This document shows positions 1-10,258 of a stretch of DNA of 64,000 nucleotides, one piece after another. Within the stretch, counting starts at the first letter, position 1. Every line of letters starts with the position of its first letter. The DNA comes from Clostridia bacterium (GTDB taxonomy: Bacteria > Bacillota > Clostridia > RGIG6154). The stretch spans positions 3,375-67,374 of the forward strand of contig JAGAJK010000045.1 in assembly GCA_017626145.1 (NCBI GenBank), in the 5' to 3' direction. The translations under genes and the position numbers were made by a program. The notes below the pieces were generated by a model that was not told the origin of the DNA, made no database searches, and saw only the letters and a list, made by a program, of their open reading frames with translations.

Positions 1-954
1 GATACCTGCTATAATATGGAAGACTGGGTTAAGAGCAGTCATAACTATCAGGCTTTTGCAACAAAAACTATGACCGAAGCGTTCCGCCGAGACGACAAAA
101 TGGTAACAAACGCAATTCACTTATTTATCGATGCGTGGCCGGCAGGCTGGATGAAAACTATTATGGACTTTAAACGTAATCCTAAAAAAGCTTATTTTGC
201 TTTCAGGGATGCGTTAGAGCCATTGATGATAAGCCTTCGTTCGGACAGATTTACATATTTTGAAGGTGAAGAAATTAAAGTTGAGTGCCACATCTGTAAC
301 GATACACAGCTTTGCGGCGATAATTATAAAATCATATACGAGCTTTATAAAGACGGAGAAATTATAAAGTCAGCAGAAGAAAAAGCAAGTGTTGATGTGT
401 GCGCGAGCAAATATTCCTCATCTGCAGTTTTTGCAATTGATAAGGTAAATGACAGAGAAAAGTTCACATTGAAGGCAATTCTTGCAGATGGAAAGGGAAA
501 TGTACTTAACCATAATACATTTGATTTCGAAGTATTTGAAGATGTTGAAGTAGTGAAGAACGATAATGTTGAAATAATAACAAATCTTGAAGTTGGCGAG
601 CACACAATTGCAGGCGAAAAGGTAACTGTTGATGCCTGCGGTATGAGACCTGTTCACTTTGTTTCAAGAGCAACAGGCCATAAAGCTGTGGCTGAATTTA
701 AGGAAAAGGATTTTTCATACTGGTATAATAAGGAAGTTGATTATATAACCCCGATAGCAGAAAAAACATTCAGAGCAGAAGGGTTTACTCCTATTCTTAC
801 AAGCGGTAATAAATGCGTTGATTCCGAAGGTTGGGAAACTGTTTTAATTGCCGCCCAGAAGGAATATAACGGCAAAAAATACATTATCTGTCTTGCTGAT
901 TTAAGAACAGAAAACCCTATAGCAAAACGTTTTCTTAAGAATTTATACCAATAA
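1..954 (+). CDS. glycoside hydrolase family 2-like protein, C-terminal part (5' end outside window)
   Basis: Frame 1 is open from nt 1, so the listed ORF 16..954 is only a fragment. The segment NAIHLFIDAWPAGWMKTIMDFKRNPKKAYFAFRDALEP looks like the end of a GH2 (beta-mannosidase type) catalytic domain, followed by beta-sandwich sequence. Confidence 0.5.
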   Translation, partial: DTCYNMEDWVKSSHNYQAFATKTMTEAFRRDDKMVTNAIHLFIDAWPAGWMKTIMDFKRNPKKAYFAFRDALEPLMISLRSDRFTYFEGEEIKVECHICNDTQLCGDNYKIIYELYKDGEIIKSAEEKASVDVCASKYSSSAVFAIDKVNDREKFTLKAILADGKGNVLNHNTFDFEVFEDVEVVKNDNVEIITNLEVGEHTIAGEKVTVDACGMRPVHFVSRATGHKAVAEFKEKDFSYWYNKEVDYITPIAEKTFRAEGFTPILTSGNKCVDSEGWETVLIAAQKEYNGKKYIICLADLRTENPIAKRFLKNLYQ

Positions 955-976
955 TTAAGGGAAAGCAGGAATTAAT

Positions 977-1894
977 ATGAAATTGGCGACAACAACCAAC
1001 GACTTTGATAATTTTTTAAATACATATTGCGATAAGGTTGACTGTATCTGTGAGGCAGGCTTTAAATACATTGATTTAAGCTTGTATGTTATAAATAAGG
1101 ATGATGAGTTGCTGATAAGTGAAAACTGGGAGGATAATGCAAAAGCACTTTTAAATAAAGCAAATGAAAAGGGTGCAAAATTTGTTCAGGCTCATTCTCC
1201 CGGTGGTAATCCACTTTCGGAAGATGATTCTTATGTTGAAAATCTTATTAATGCAACCATTCGTTCAATTGATGTTTGCGGCATTCTCGGCATACCAAAT
1301 ACAGTTGTTCATGCAGGAGTGCTTAAGGGTATAAGTAAGGAAGAAAGCTTTGAGAAAAACAGGGAGTTCTTCAGAAAGCTTTTTCCTGCAATGGAAAGAA
1401 ATAACGTTAACGTGCTTTGCGAAAATTCAACGGCGAAAAATATGGGGGATATGTATTTTACAAATTCAGGTTCTGATATGAAAGAATTTGTTGAATATGT
1501 GAATCATCCACTTTTTCACGCCTGTTGGGATACCGGTCATGGTAACTGTGAAGGCAGTCAGTACGATGAAATAACAGCTCTCGGTTCTGATTTATATGCA
1601 CTCCATATAAACGATAACCGTGGCGGTCAGGATGAGCATCTTTTGCCATATTTCGGTACAATGAATTTAGATGAAATAATGAACGCTCTTATTGATATGG
1701 ATTATAAAGGTTATTTCACCTTTGAAGCTACCTCATCACTTCGTTCACCAAAGTACTGGCTTGGTGACCGTGCTTACTACGAGAAGGACACACGTCTTTT
1801 AAAGCCTCAGCTTTTTATGCAGAAGCACCTTGAAAAGCTTATGTACGATATGGGGGTTTATATTTTAAAACAGTATAACTGCTTTGAAGAATGA
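977..1894 (+). CDS. sugar phosphate isomerase/epimerase (xylose isomerase-like TIM barrel)
   Basis: 305 aa. Shows family-typical AHSP, VVHAG, CENS and WDTGH segments. ATG follows a purine-rich RBS. Confidence 0.7.
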   Translation: MKLATTTNDFDNFLNTYCDKVDCICEAGFKYIDLSLYVINKDDELLISENWEDNAKALLNKANEKGAKFVQAHSPGGNPLSEDDSYVENLINATIRSIDVCGILGIPNTVVHAGVLKGISKEESFEKNREFFRKLFPAMERNNVNVLCENSTAKNMGDMYFTNSGSDMKEFVEYVNHPLFHACWDTGHGNCEGSQYDEITALGSDLYALHINDNRGGQDEHLLPYFGTMNLDEIMNALIDMDYKGYFTFEATSSLRSPKYWLGDRAYYEKDTRLLKPQLFMQKHLEKLMYDMGVYILKQYNCFEE

Positions 1895-1956
1895 TGTTGT
1901 TTTCACGAAAATTTTACAAGAACAGCGGCAACTACAGAAAATTTAATGGTGATTAA

Positions 1957-2676
1957 ATGAAATCAAGATATACATATTTATACGGGCTTAAAAAAGGACT
2001 ACCTATAGCACTCGGCTATCTTTCCGTATCCTTCGGATTCGGAATAACAGCAGTAGGGCAGGGCTTGAGCGGTATCGAAGCAATACTTATTTCGCTTACA
2101 AACCTTACCTCTGCAGGTCAGGTTGCGGGAGTAAGCATTATTGCAGCAGGTGGAAGTATTATAGAAATGATACTTACACAGCTTATTATAAATATAAGAT
2201 ATTGTCTTATGGGATTGGCACTCACTCAAAAGCTTGATAAGTCCTTTACGACCATTCACAGACTTATAACCTCATTCGGTATAACCGATGAGGTTTTTGC
2301 CGTTGGTGCTTCCGAAAAGGAGCATATCGGTACAAAATATATGTACGGACTGATAACTCTGCCCTTTATAGGGTGGAGCCTTGGTACAGCTCTTGGTGCT
2401 TTCGCAGGCGAGATTCTGCCTGCGAGTGTTTGCTCAGCTCTTGGAATTGCAATTTACAGTATGTTTGTTGCAATAATTATTCCTCCGTCAAAAACAAACA
2501 GAGGTGTTCTTTTCTGCGTGCTTATTTCAGCACTTATGAGCTGTATGTTTTACTATGTTCCTTTATTTAAAGGACTTTCGGGCGGATTTGCGGTTATAAT
2601 ATGCGCAGTTACCTCTTCGGTGATAATGGCATTGTTGAAGCCTGTAAGGGAAGAGGAGGAAGAATTAAATGAATAA
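1957..2676 (+). CDS. azlC: AzlC family branched-chain amino acid transporter subunit
   Basis: 239 aa polytopic membrane protein. Starts GLKKGLPIALGYLSVSFGFG and contains NLTSAGQ. Followed by an overlapping azlD-like gene. Confidence 0.8.
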   Translation: MKSRYTYLYGLKKGLPIALGYLSVSFGFGITAVGQGLSGIEAILISLTNLTSAGQVAGVSIIAAGGSIIEMILTQLIINIRYCLMGLALTQKLDKSFTTIHRLITSFGITDEVFAVGASEKEHIGTKYMYGLITLPFIGWSLGTALGAFAGEILPASVCSALGIAIYSMFVAIIIPPSKTNRGVLFCVLISALMSCMFYYVPLFKGLSGGFAVIICAVTSSVIMALLKPVREEEEELNE

Positions 2677-2974
2677 AGAATTCTTTATGTACCTTCTTGC
2701 AATGGCGTTGGTTACATATTTGGTAAGAATGATACCTTTTACTTTAATGAGAAAGAAAATCAAATCGGTATTTATAAAAAGCTTTCTCTATTATGTCCCT
2801 TATGCAGTTTTGTCGGCTATGACATTTCCGTACATATTTTATTCAACGGGAGATGTAATAACATCTTCTGTTGGGTGTGCTGTTGCATTTATATTAGCAT
2901 ATATCAACAGACCTTTAATTGAGGTAGCAATAGCTTCCTGTGTGGTCGCTTTTGTTTCAGGTCTGATTTTTTAA
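2669..2974 (+). CDS. azlD: AzlD family branched-chain amino acid transport protein
   Basis: 101 aa, 3-4 TM helices. Overlaps the azlC stop by 8 nt, the typical AzlCD arrangement. Confidence 0.7.
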   Translation: MNKEFFMYLLAMALVTYLVRMIPFTLMRKKIKSVFIKSFLYYVPYAVLSAMTFPYIFYSTGDVITSSVGCAVAFILAYINRPLIEVAIASCVVAFVSGLIF

Positions 2975-2988
2975 AAGGGGTGGGGTAA

Positions 2989-3834
2989 ATGAGATACAAA
3001 TTTTTAAGATTTCCCGAGGGAAAGGGAAAAGCAGTTACTTTAAGCTATGATGACGGTGTTATTCACGATATGAAATTTTCTGATATAATTACCAAACACG
3101 GCTTAAAGTGCACCTTTAATCTTAATTCGGATGTAAACAGAGGGTTAACTGATGAACAGATAAAGGAATTTATGCTTGACAGAGGACATGAAATTGCAGT
3201 TCACGGTGCAAATCACAGAGCCAACGGAAGTCAAAGCACAACTGTAGGCATAAGAGAGACTTTGGATTGTCGTCGCAGTCTTGAACAAAGATTCGGCAAG
3301 ATAATCCGCGGAATGGCATATCCCGATACAGGAATCAGATTTTCTGCAAATAATCAGTCTTACGAAAAAATTAAACAGTATTTAGAAGATTTGGGAATTG
3401 CTTATTCAAGAACTCTTGGTGGTGATAACACAAGCTTTATGCTCCCTGAAGACTGGCACGCGTGGATGCCTACAGCACATCACAAAAATCCTGAAATTAT
3501 GGATTATATCAACAAGTTCTTGAATTACGAGTTATCCGAAAAAACATACGGCGCAAGATTTTATCCCGTGCTTTTCTATATGTGGGGGCACAGCTATGAA
3601 TTTAATAATGATAATAACTGGGAGCTTATAGAAGAAATAGGTGAAAAACTCGGTCACCACGACGATATCTGGTATGCAACAAATATTGAAATCTACGATT
3701 ATGTTAATGCATACTATTCTCTTGTGTGGAGTGTGGACGAAACAATGGTTTATAATCCTACTCTTTTCGAAATCTGGATAAGCATTGATAAAACAATCTA
3801 TTCAATTAAACCGGGCGAAACTTTAAAATTCTGA
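2989..3834 (+). CDS. polysaccharide deacetylase family protein
   Basis: 281 aa. TLSYDDG and GHEIAVHGANH motifs are characteristic of the NodB-type deacetylase fold. Confidence 0.75.
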   Translation: MRYKFLRFPEGKGKAVTLSYDDGVIHDMKFSDIITKHGLKCTFNLNSDVNRGLTDEQIKEFMLDRGHEIAVHGANHRANGSQSTTVGIRETLDCRRSLEQRFGKIIRGMAYPDTGIRFSANNQSYEKIKQYLEDLGIAYSRTLGGDNTSFMLPEDWHAWMPTAHHKNPEIMDYINKFLNYELSEKTYGARFYPVLFYMWGHSYEFNNDNNWELIEEIGEKLGHHDDIWYATNIEIYDYVNAYYSLVWSVDETMVYNPTLFEIWISIDKTIYSIKPGETLKF

Positions 3835-3863
3835 TAAAATAAAAACAATGGTGTCGTTTTCAA

Positions 3864-4649
3864 TTACGTTGTTTTGTTGTATTTGTTTCTATATTCCATC
3901 GGAGAAAGACCGTAACGCTTATGAAACTGTTTGCTGAAATATTTGGAATCCTCAAATCCTGATAAGGTTGCGATTTCACTAATTGAAGATGTGGTTGACT
4001 GAAGTAACTCAGAAGCATTTTCAAGTCTTAACAGACGTATGTATTTATTCGGCGATACAAGATAAACCTTCTTAAAATTTTTACGGAATGCGGCTTCGGA
4101 CATATGTACCTTTTCTGCAAGTGCCGAAATTGTGATATTTTCTTTTTTGTAGTTTTGATGAATGTAGTCGCAAGCAGGTCTTATCCGTGTAAAAATTGAA
4201 TTTGTGGCAGATACGTCACCGCTTGCAAGATTAAGGAGATAAATAAGTTTATAAAAAAGCGAGGTGCAAAGATACTTGTAGCCTTGCTTTTTTGATGTCC
4301 ATATATCAAAAATTTCCGAAAACAGTTTTTGGATTTCGTTAATATTATCAAAACGGTATACTTCCATATCGGTAGGTGGAGAATTGTATGTTATAAAGTG
4401 AATGGCTATAATGGTTTCATTTTCGGTTGTTTGTTTATATTGTGAAATATAGGGAAGGTAAAGTACGTCGTTTCCGGACACAGCATAAGTTTTGTCACCA
4501 AAAACAAAGTCAGATTTTCCCATAAGCCGTATGCTAAGAGAAGAGTATTCACGTTGATAGCTTTGGTGAACATTTTTACCTCTGGAAATTTTGTATACAC
4601 CAATTATTTCAAAAGTTAAATCATTTTCGGAAAAAAACATTTTAGACAC
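3864..4649 (-). CDS. AraC family transcriptional regulator
   Basis: 261 aa. N-terminal cupin-like part. C-terminal double HTH (ISALAEKVHMSEAAFRKNFKK ... IATLSGFEDSKYFSKQFHKRYGLSPMEYR). Confidence 0.85.
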   Translation of the reverse strand: MSKMFFSENDLTFEIIGVYKISRGKNVHQSYQREYSSLSIRLMGKSDFVFGDKTYAVSGNDVLYLPYISQYKQTTENETIIAIHFITYNSPPTDMEVYRFDNINEIQKLFSEIFDIWTSKKQGYKYLCTSLFYKLIYLLNLASGDVSATNSIFTRIRPACDYIHQNYKKENITISALAEKVHMSEAAFRKNFKKVYLVSPNKYIRLLRLENASELLQSTTSSISEIATLSGFEDSKYFSKQFHKRYGLSPMEYRNKYNKTT

Positions 4650-4801
4650 TTCATCTCCAAGATAAGTATTTGTTTAATATATATTAGCATTATTGAAAAG
4701 CAATGTCAAGTTTCGTTTCAGACACCTTTTGGTTGCGGTATGTAGGTTTCTTTTAACAATCAAATATGTTAAAATACCGATAAAGAAAGTGAGGGTTTTG
4801 T

Positions 4802-6166
4802 ATGAGCGAAGCTTTATTAAAGGGTCTTATCCCTTATCCAAGAAAAACAGAAGAAAAAGACGGGATATTTAATACCGATGGAAACGTTAAAGTTTATTTT
4901 TCTGAATTTGAAGTTAAAAATTATGATTTCTGGCTTAATAAGTTGAATTTTAATGTTGTTGAAAAAAAAGAATTAAAAGCGGATTGCTGTGTAATATTGA
5001 TAGGAAAAGAAAAACAAGAGATTATAATGCCTCAATATAAAGGAAAAGAAGCATACAGAATAGATGTAACAACCGAAAGTATAGTTATTACAGCAAATAG
5101 CTGTGAGGGTCTTTCTCTTGCACTCAGAACACTTGTAAGAATCAAAAAGCTTAAAAATAATATTCCATGTGTTGTGATTGAAGATGAACCGATGGTTGAT
5201 ATGAGAGCAATCCATATGTGTATTTTTGATCCTGCTGACGGAACACAAAAGGATGATACATCCTATGTTTCGGTAAAAGAAAGGATAGAACTTTGTGCAC
5301 TTTTAGGATATAATTATGTATTCATTGAGTTCTGGGGTATGTTCCCTTATGAAAAACATCCTTATGCCTGCTGGAAGCATTCTGAATACACAAAAGCGGG
5401 CATCGAACAACTTATCGCTTTTTGTATAAATGATTTACATATAACGCCATGTCCATGTCAGAACCTCACAAGTCATGCCGGCTGGAGCAGAATTTCCACG
5501 CGCAGACATGTTGTTATTGATCAGAACAGTGAACTTGCAGATATGTACATTCCGGGCGGCTGGTGTTTTGCAACCGAGAATCCTAAAACAAAGCAGTTTT
5601 TACAGGATATTATAGATGAATTGGTTGAAGCTTTCCATAATCCGCCTATGTTTCATATAAGTTGCGACAAGGCTTTCGGTTTTGGTTCTACAGAAGAAGA
5701 CAGAACAAAGTCTGCGGACATTCTTTTCGCACAGCATATAGCAAATCTTAATACATATATAACATCGAAAGGAATCCGTCCTGTTATGTGGTCCGATATG
5801 CTTTATACGTCTATGGACTCACTTACATTTAAATGCGCTCCTTTTGTAGCAGATGTTCTTCCAAAAAATATACTTATGAATATATGGACACATAATGACC
5901 CGGGAGAATACTGGGGTGATATTGATTTCTTTCAGGACAGAGGTTATGAAACTGTTTATTCTCCATTTGTTAACTATAACAGCATAGAAAATATGATTAA
6001 GCTTTGTCTGTCGAAGAAAAGTAAAGGTATTGTTCAGACCACATGGTATATGCCTGAAGGAGCAAAACCTTATTTTACTTATTCTATTGCAAAACAATGG
6101 AATTTTGATGCGGAAATCAACGAAATCGGTGTAAATGCATTTTTAGAAGCTGTTTCCAAGGAGTGA
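4802..6166 (+). CDS. glycoside hydrolase-like TIM-barrel protein (GH20-like, uncertain)
   Basis: 454 aa. Divergent from the AraC gene. Architecture resembles GH20 (N-terminal alpha/beta domain then barrel) by eye only. Confidence 0.4.
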   Translation: MSEALLKGLIPYPRKTEEKDGIFNTDGNVKVYFSEFEVKNYDFWLNKLNFNVVEKKELKADCCVILIGKEKQEIIMPQYKGKEAYRIDVTTESIVITANSCEGLSLALRTLVRIKKLKNNIPCVVIEDEPMVDMRAIHMCIFDPADGTQKDDTSYVSVKERIELCALLGYNYVFIEFWGMFPYEKHPYACWKHSEYTKAGIEQLIAFCINDLHITPCPCQNLTSHAGWSRISTRRHVVIDQNSELADMYIPGGWCFATENPKTKQFLQDIIDELVEAFHNPPMFHISCDKAFGFGSTEEDRTKSADILFAQHIANLNTYITSKGIRPVMWSDMLYTSMDSLTFKCAPFVADVLPKNILMNIWTHNDPGEYWGDIDFFQDRGYETVYSPFVNYNSIENMIKLCLSKKSKGIVQTTWYMPEGAKPYFTYSIAKQWNFDAEINEIGVNAFLEAVSKE

Positions 6167-6172
6167 TTATAT

Positions 6173-8125
6173 ATGAATACGGTAGTTTGGGGTGGGCGAA
6201 AAAACTTTATATCCTTTCTTGAAAAGGCAAACAACGGAAATGTTAAAGCGTTTTCAAAATTAAATGAAGCGCTTGATTTTGCGTTGAAAAATGAATCAAA
6301 AGCTTTGTTTTTACTGCCTGATTACGAAAATTCAGCTAATGTAATTGAAGAATTTGATGACAGTCATATTGAAACAATAGTTGATATAATAAAATCTCAA
6401 AAAACTAAAATATACATAGAAAATTATCCTTCTTTTGATTCAAGGGACCATTATATTTTCGGTGTTCAGGCTCGTGCTTATCAGCAGAGTTTAGGCAGAA
6501 ACAGTATAAAATTGTTGGGAGATTTCAAAGACGAGCTCGGTTTTGAATTATTGCAAAAAAGAAACGGCATTTTTTACCAGAACGGAAAACATTATGAACA
6601 GGGAATGGAAATTCTTGCAGAGATAAGAAACTGCCTTGGGGTACACGATGTGGTGGCTCAGGACTTGCAAAGCAATGGAATTGCTTTAGCTAAAACAAAA
6701 ACAAATGTGTATACCGCAATGGTTAATTTTACGGATTTTGACGGAAACTTCACTTTGCCTTATAGGAATTGGCAAAAATTTTATGCAAAAGTTTTCGGTG
6801 AAATTCTTTCTGCAGATGAAAACATTGTTAAAGTCGCTTTTGAAGATACCTTTTCGGGAATCGGAACCACGAAAGAAGCATCCTATATCCGTTCAAAAGA
6901 ACAATTTAATGATGATTTGCAAAAGTGCGTTTTAAATTCCGTTAACTGGCATCTTAATTCAGGAATAATGCCAAATATAAACGGTAAAAGCGGCGTTTAC
7001 GAAATGATACGTTCATTTGATTTAAAAACTGCTAAAAATGTCCGTGGTGATTCAACTTTATTTACAGCAGCACTTTTTGCACTTGCAGGTAAATATTTTG
7101 AAAATCCAAAGTGGAGCGAAATAAGTAAAAATATATCAGAAGAAATTTTGGTCAACCGTTCAATTCAAATTGAAGAAGGGGAAAATAAAGGTCTGCTGAA
7201 GTGGTTTTCGGGTGCTAAAGATATGGGAACGCACTCCGTTTACGCATCCGACAGTGCCCGTGGCGGAAACTGTATGTTTGCTTTGTATAAAGTAACAAAA
7301 GACGAAACACTTTTAAAAAGACTAATTATGATGGGTGAGGCATTCTTAAAATGGTTTTCGGGCGATGAACTTCTTCCTATGGGGTGGTTTATTTATGACG
7401 AGTGGAATTTAACAACCATATCCACACAGGAACGAACAACGGCACCCGAATTTTACGAGGCGGTAATGATTTTACTTAAAAATATTTACAGCGTAACAAA
7501 GGATGTTCGTTACAAAGAACAAATTCTTAAAACGGCAGAAAAAATGGCGGATATTTATCCGAATTTCGGAATAGGTCCATCTCATTCAAAGAATTTTACA
7601 TTAAGCCGTGCTTTGGGAATTTTCGCCGTTGCTCAATCTTTTGAAAGCGGAAAGTGGACTCCTGCAATAGATGAAATTTTAGAATATTTCAATAATCTTC
7701 AGCATGAATGCGGAGGTTTTGCAGATGGTAAGGCTTATTTTGATGAAAACAGTTTAAATAACGATATGGAGTTTGCCATAGGTTTCGGTCCTGAACACGG
7801 AAACATTTGCGACCTTATGTATTGCCAGAATACGATGCTATATATACTTAATATACTGACTAAATGCAGTGCAGAAGGGTTTAATAAAGCACTTGCAGAA
7901 AAAATGCTTAACAAATCAATAAATTTTCTTCTTAATGTTCAGATTGTATCTGAAGACAAAACTCTGTCAGGCGGTTGGATGAGAGCCTATGATATGGATC
8001 TTGGTGAGTACTACGGATGCGATAAGGATTTTGCGTGGGGACCTTACAGTATACTTACAGGTTGGATGACAGGTGCAATCCCCATAACATTTCTTGATTT
8101 GCTTGGTGAAGAAACTATGTATTAA
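6173..8125 (+). CDS. hypothetical protein, 650 aa, family not recognised
   Basis: Long ORF starting 7 nt after the previous stop. The C-terminal half is helix-rich and looks alpha/alpha-toroid-like. No motif I can name. Confidence 0.5.
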   Translation: MNTVVWGGRKNFISFLEKANNGNVKAFSKLNEALDFALKNESKALFLLPDYENSANVIEEFDDSHIETIVDIIKSQKTKIYIENYPSFDSRDHYIFGVQARAYQQSLGRNSIKLLGDFKDELGFELLQKRNGIFYQNGKHYEQGMEILAEIRNCLGVHDVVAQDLQSNGIALAKTKTNVYTAMVNFTDFDGNFTLPYRNWQKFYAKVFGEILSADENIVKVAFEDTFSGIGTTKEASYIRSKEQFNDDLQKCVLNSVNWHLNSGIMPNINGKSGVYEMIRSFDLKTAKNVRGDSTLFTAALFALAGKYFENPKWSEISKNISEEILVNRSIQIEEGENKGLLKWFSGAKDMGTHSVYASDSARGGNCMFALYKVTKDETLLKRLIMMGEAFLKWFSGDELLPMGWFIYDEWNLTTISTQERTTAPEFYEAVMILLKNIYSVTKDVRYKEQILKTAEKMADIYPNFGIGPSHSKNFTLSRALGIFAVAQSFESGKWTPAIDEILEYFNNLQHECGGFADGKAYFDENSLNNDMEFAIGFGPEHGNICDLMYCQNTMLYILNILTKCSAEGFNKALAEKMLNKSINFLLNVQIVSEDKTLSGGWMRAYDMDLGEYYGCDKDFAWGPYSILTGWMTGAIPITFLDLLGEETMY

Positions 8126-8134
8126 TCAAAATTC

Positions 8135-8171
8135 AAAAAAGTTGAGCATATTTCCAATGCTCAACTTTTTT
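8135..8171. terminator. bidirectional intrinsic terminator between convergent genes
   Basis: A6-GTTGAGCAT-loop-ATGCTCAAC-T6. Lies between the stop at 8125 (+) and the stop at 8186 (-). Confidence 0.75.
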
Positions 8172-8185
8172 GATGGATTACATTC

Positions 8186-9016
8186 TTAAAGTGTTTTTAA
8201 AATGTGTTTTCCGATTTCATATCCCGGTTCGATGTTACAAACCTCAGTGAGATTATTAACAAGAGGATTTGAGTTTACTTCTATTAAATAATAGCTTCCG
8301 TCTTTTTCAATTATATCAACACCGCAGAAGTCAAGACCGATGATTTTTGATGCTTTTTCTGCAATTTCGCATAGCTTTTCATTAAGAGGGTAAAGCGTTG
8401 CATTGCCACCACCTGCACAGTTACTGCGAAAATCTTTTTCGTTATGTCTTTTCATACCACAGACTGCTTTATTGCCGACAACAAAAACTCTTATGTCACT
8501 TCCGTCACATTCTATGTATTCCTGAACTAAAAGTCTTGCGTTTGATTTTTTAATAACAGAATGAAAATCTTCCTTATTATATATAAGGTTGATTTGCTGT
8601 CCCAATGACCCGAATTCTTCCTTTATAATAATAGGATAGTTTTTAATCTCATTTTCAAATTCATAGTCCGAGTATTCCATATTGGAAAACTTAAAGGGGA
8701 GAATAGTCGTTTGGGGCATCGGTACGTCAGAATGCATAAGCTTTATATATGTAAGTATTTTACTGTCGCATATTCTTATTGCATCGGATGTATTGAAAAC
8801 CCTGATTCCTTTTTCTTCAAGAATATACCCAAGACTTATATCCTTGTCGAGCAGGAGAGCATATTCAAAATTAAAGTTTGTTTTTGTTATAAGCTCTGCT
8901 GACGAAACTTTAAATGCGTCAAGCCCGCTCTTTTGTAAACCTCTTACATATATATCAATACTTTCGTTATAAGTATCAGATTTGAAATACCTGTTATAAA
9001 TAACTGCGATTCTCAA
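8186..9016 (-). CDS. RimK-family ATP-grasp ligase
   Basis: ATP-grasp signature: IIIKEEFGSLGQQI, LLVQEYI, DIRVFVVG, CGVDIIE...YLIEVNSNP. Start trimmed to the TTG at 9016, preceded by GAGGTGA; the ORF track extends to 9064. Confidence 0.7.
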   Translation of the reverse strand: MRIAVIYNRYFKSDTYNESIDIYVRGLQKSGLDAFKVSSAELITKTNFNFEYALLLDKDISLGYILEEKGIRVFNTSDAIRICDSKILTYIKLMHSDVPMPQTTILPFKFSNMEYSDYEFENEIKNYPIIIKEEFGSLGQQINLIYNKEDFHSVIKKSNARLLVQEYIECDGSDIRVFVVGNKAVCGMKRHNEKDFRSNCAGGGNATLYPLNEKLCEIAEKASKIIGLDFCGVDIIEKDGSYYLIEVNSNPLVNNLTEVCNIEPGYEIGKHILKTL

Positions 9017-9107
9017 ACTAATCACCTCTGTAAGTATAATAACACAGCTTTTTTTTATAATCAATAAATTTTCAAAAAAAAAAAATCAAAAAAATTTGCG
9101 GAAACTA

Positions 9108-9136
9108 TTGACAAAACCCTATAAATGTAGTATGAT
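9108..9136 (+). promoter_or_regulatory. sigma-A type promoter of the S10 operon
   Basis: TTGACA (9108-9113), a 17-nt spacer, then TATGAT (9131-9136). Preceded by a long A-tract (9066-9095), possibly an UP element. Confidence 0.65.
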
Positions 9137-9223
9137 AAACGAGTTATGTGCTGTCTGGGAGGTATGCGACGTCATGAAACACCCGGAACAGTTGTAAGAA
9201 AATTATGAAAGGAGAGAACATTT

Positions 9224-9538
9224 ATGGCATCAAATTCAAAAATCAGAATCAAGATTAAAGGCTATGACCATGCCTTAGTCGATCAGTCTGCTGAGAGAAT
9301 AGTTGATACTATCAAGAGATCAGGCGCTGAAGTTTCAGGACCTATCCCGCTTCCTACTAAAAAGGAAATCATCACTATTTTAAGAGCTGTTCATAAGTAC
9401 AAAGATTCAAGAGAACAGTTTGAAATGAGAACTCATAAGAGATTGATTGATGTTATCTCACCTAAGCAGAAGACAACTGAAGCATTAGGAAAGCTTGATT
9501 TGCCTGCCGGTATCAATGTTGAAATTAAAGTCATCTAA
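9224..9538 (+). CDS. rpsJ: 30S ribosomal protein S10
   Basis: 104 aa ([10 protein letters not shown]...). First gene of the conserved S10 operon order. Confidence 0.97.
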   Translation: MASNSKIRIKIKGYDHALVDQSAERIVDTIKRSGAEVSGPIPLPTKKEIITILRAVHKYKDSREQFEMRTHKRLIDVISPKQKTTEALGKLDLPAGINVEIKVI

Positions 9539-9602
9539 CCGACAGTGTTGTAGGTCAAGTTCGCAATCGGGCGAACCAATAACCATAAGGAGGAAAAATT
9601 AA

Positions 9603-10232
9603 ATGAACAAGGCAATACTTGGAAAAAAGCTTGGTATGACACAGCTTTTTGACGAAACAGGAAAAATTGTTCCTGTTACAGTAGTAGAAGCCGGTCCATG
9701 CGTTGTTTCACAGGTTAAAACAGTTGAAAACGACGGTTATGAAGCAGTTCAGGTTGGTTTTTGTGATCTTAAGGAAAAGCACACAAACAAGCCAATGAAG
9801 GGACACTTCGAAAAGGCCGGAATTTCTGCAAAGAAATATTTAAAGGAATTCAAACTTGAAAATGCAGCATCTATGAACGTAGGAGACGAAATCAAAGTTG
9901 ACGTGTTTGCAGCAGGAGACAAAGTAGACATCACAGGTACAAGCAAGGGTAAAGGTTTCCAGGGCGCAATCAAGAGATGGGGCGCTCACAGAGGTCCTAT
10001 GGCTCACGGTTCAGGTTATCACAGAGGCGCAGGTTCAATGGGTGCATGCTCAAGCCCATCAAGAGTTTACAAGGGCAAGAAGCTCGCAGGACATATGGGT
10101 ACTGACACAGTAACAATCCAGAATCTTGATGTGGTTAGTGTTGACGCAGAAAAGAACTTACTTTTAGTTCGTGGCGCAATCCCCGGACCAAAAGGCGGAT
10201 TAGTAATAGTTAAGAACGCTGTTAAGTGTTAA
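9603..10232 (+). CDS. rplC: 50S ribosomal protein L3
   Basis: 209 aa ([14 protein letters not shown]...GKGFQG). Conserved operon position. Confidence 0.97.
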   Translation: MNKAILGKKLGMTQLFDETGKIVPVTVVEAGPCVVSQVKTVENDGYEAVQVGFCDLKEKHTNKPMKGHFEKAGISAKKYLKEFKLENAASMNVGDEIKVDVFAAGDKVDITGTSKGKGFQGAIKRWGAHRGPMAHGSGYHRGAGSMGACSSPSRVYKGKKLAGHMGTDTVTIQNLDVVSVDAEKNLLLVRGAIPGPKGGLVIVKNAVKC

Positions 10233-10258
10233 GACAAAGAGAAAGGAGGAAGTTATAC

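Noticed and set aside
10226-10258. 5' extensions in the ORF track: rplD, and also rpsH 15829, rplF 16336, adk 19747, map 20363, rpoA 23396, tcdA 24815, yitT 26665, eamA 28372, SLH 45701 and infC 60030
   Set aside because: In each case a downstream start codon has a GGAGG-type RBS at 5-10 nt and reproduces the conserved protein N-terminus. The extensions overlap the preceding gene or the intergenic signals.
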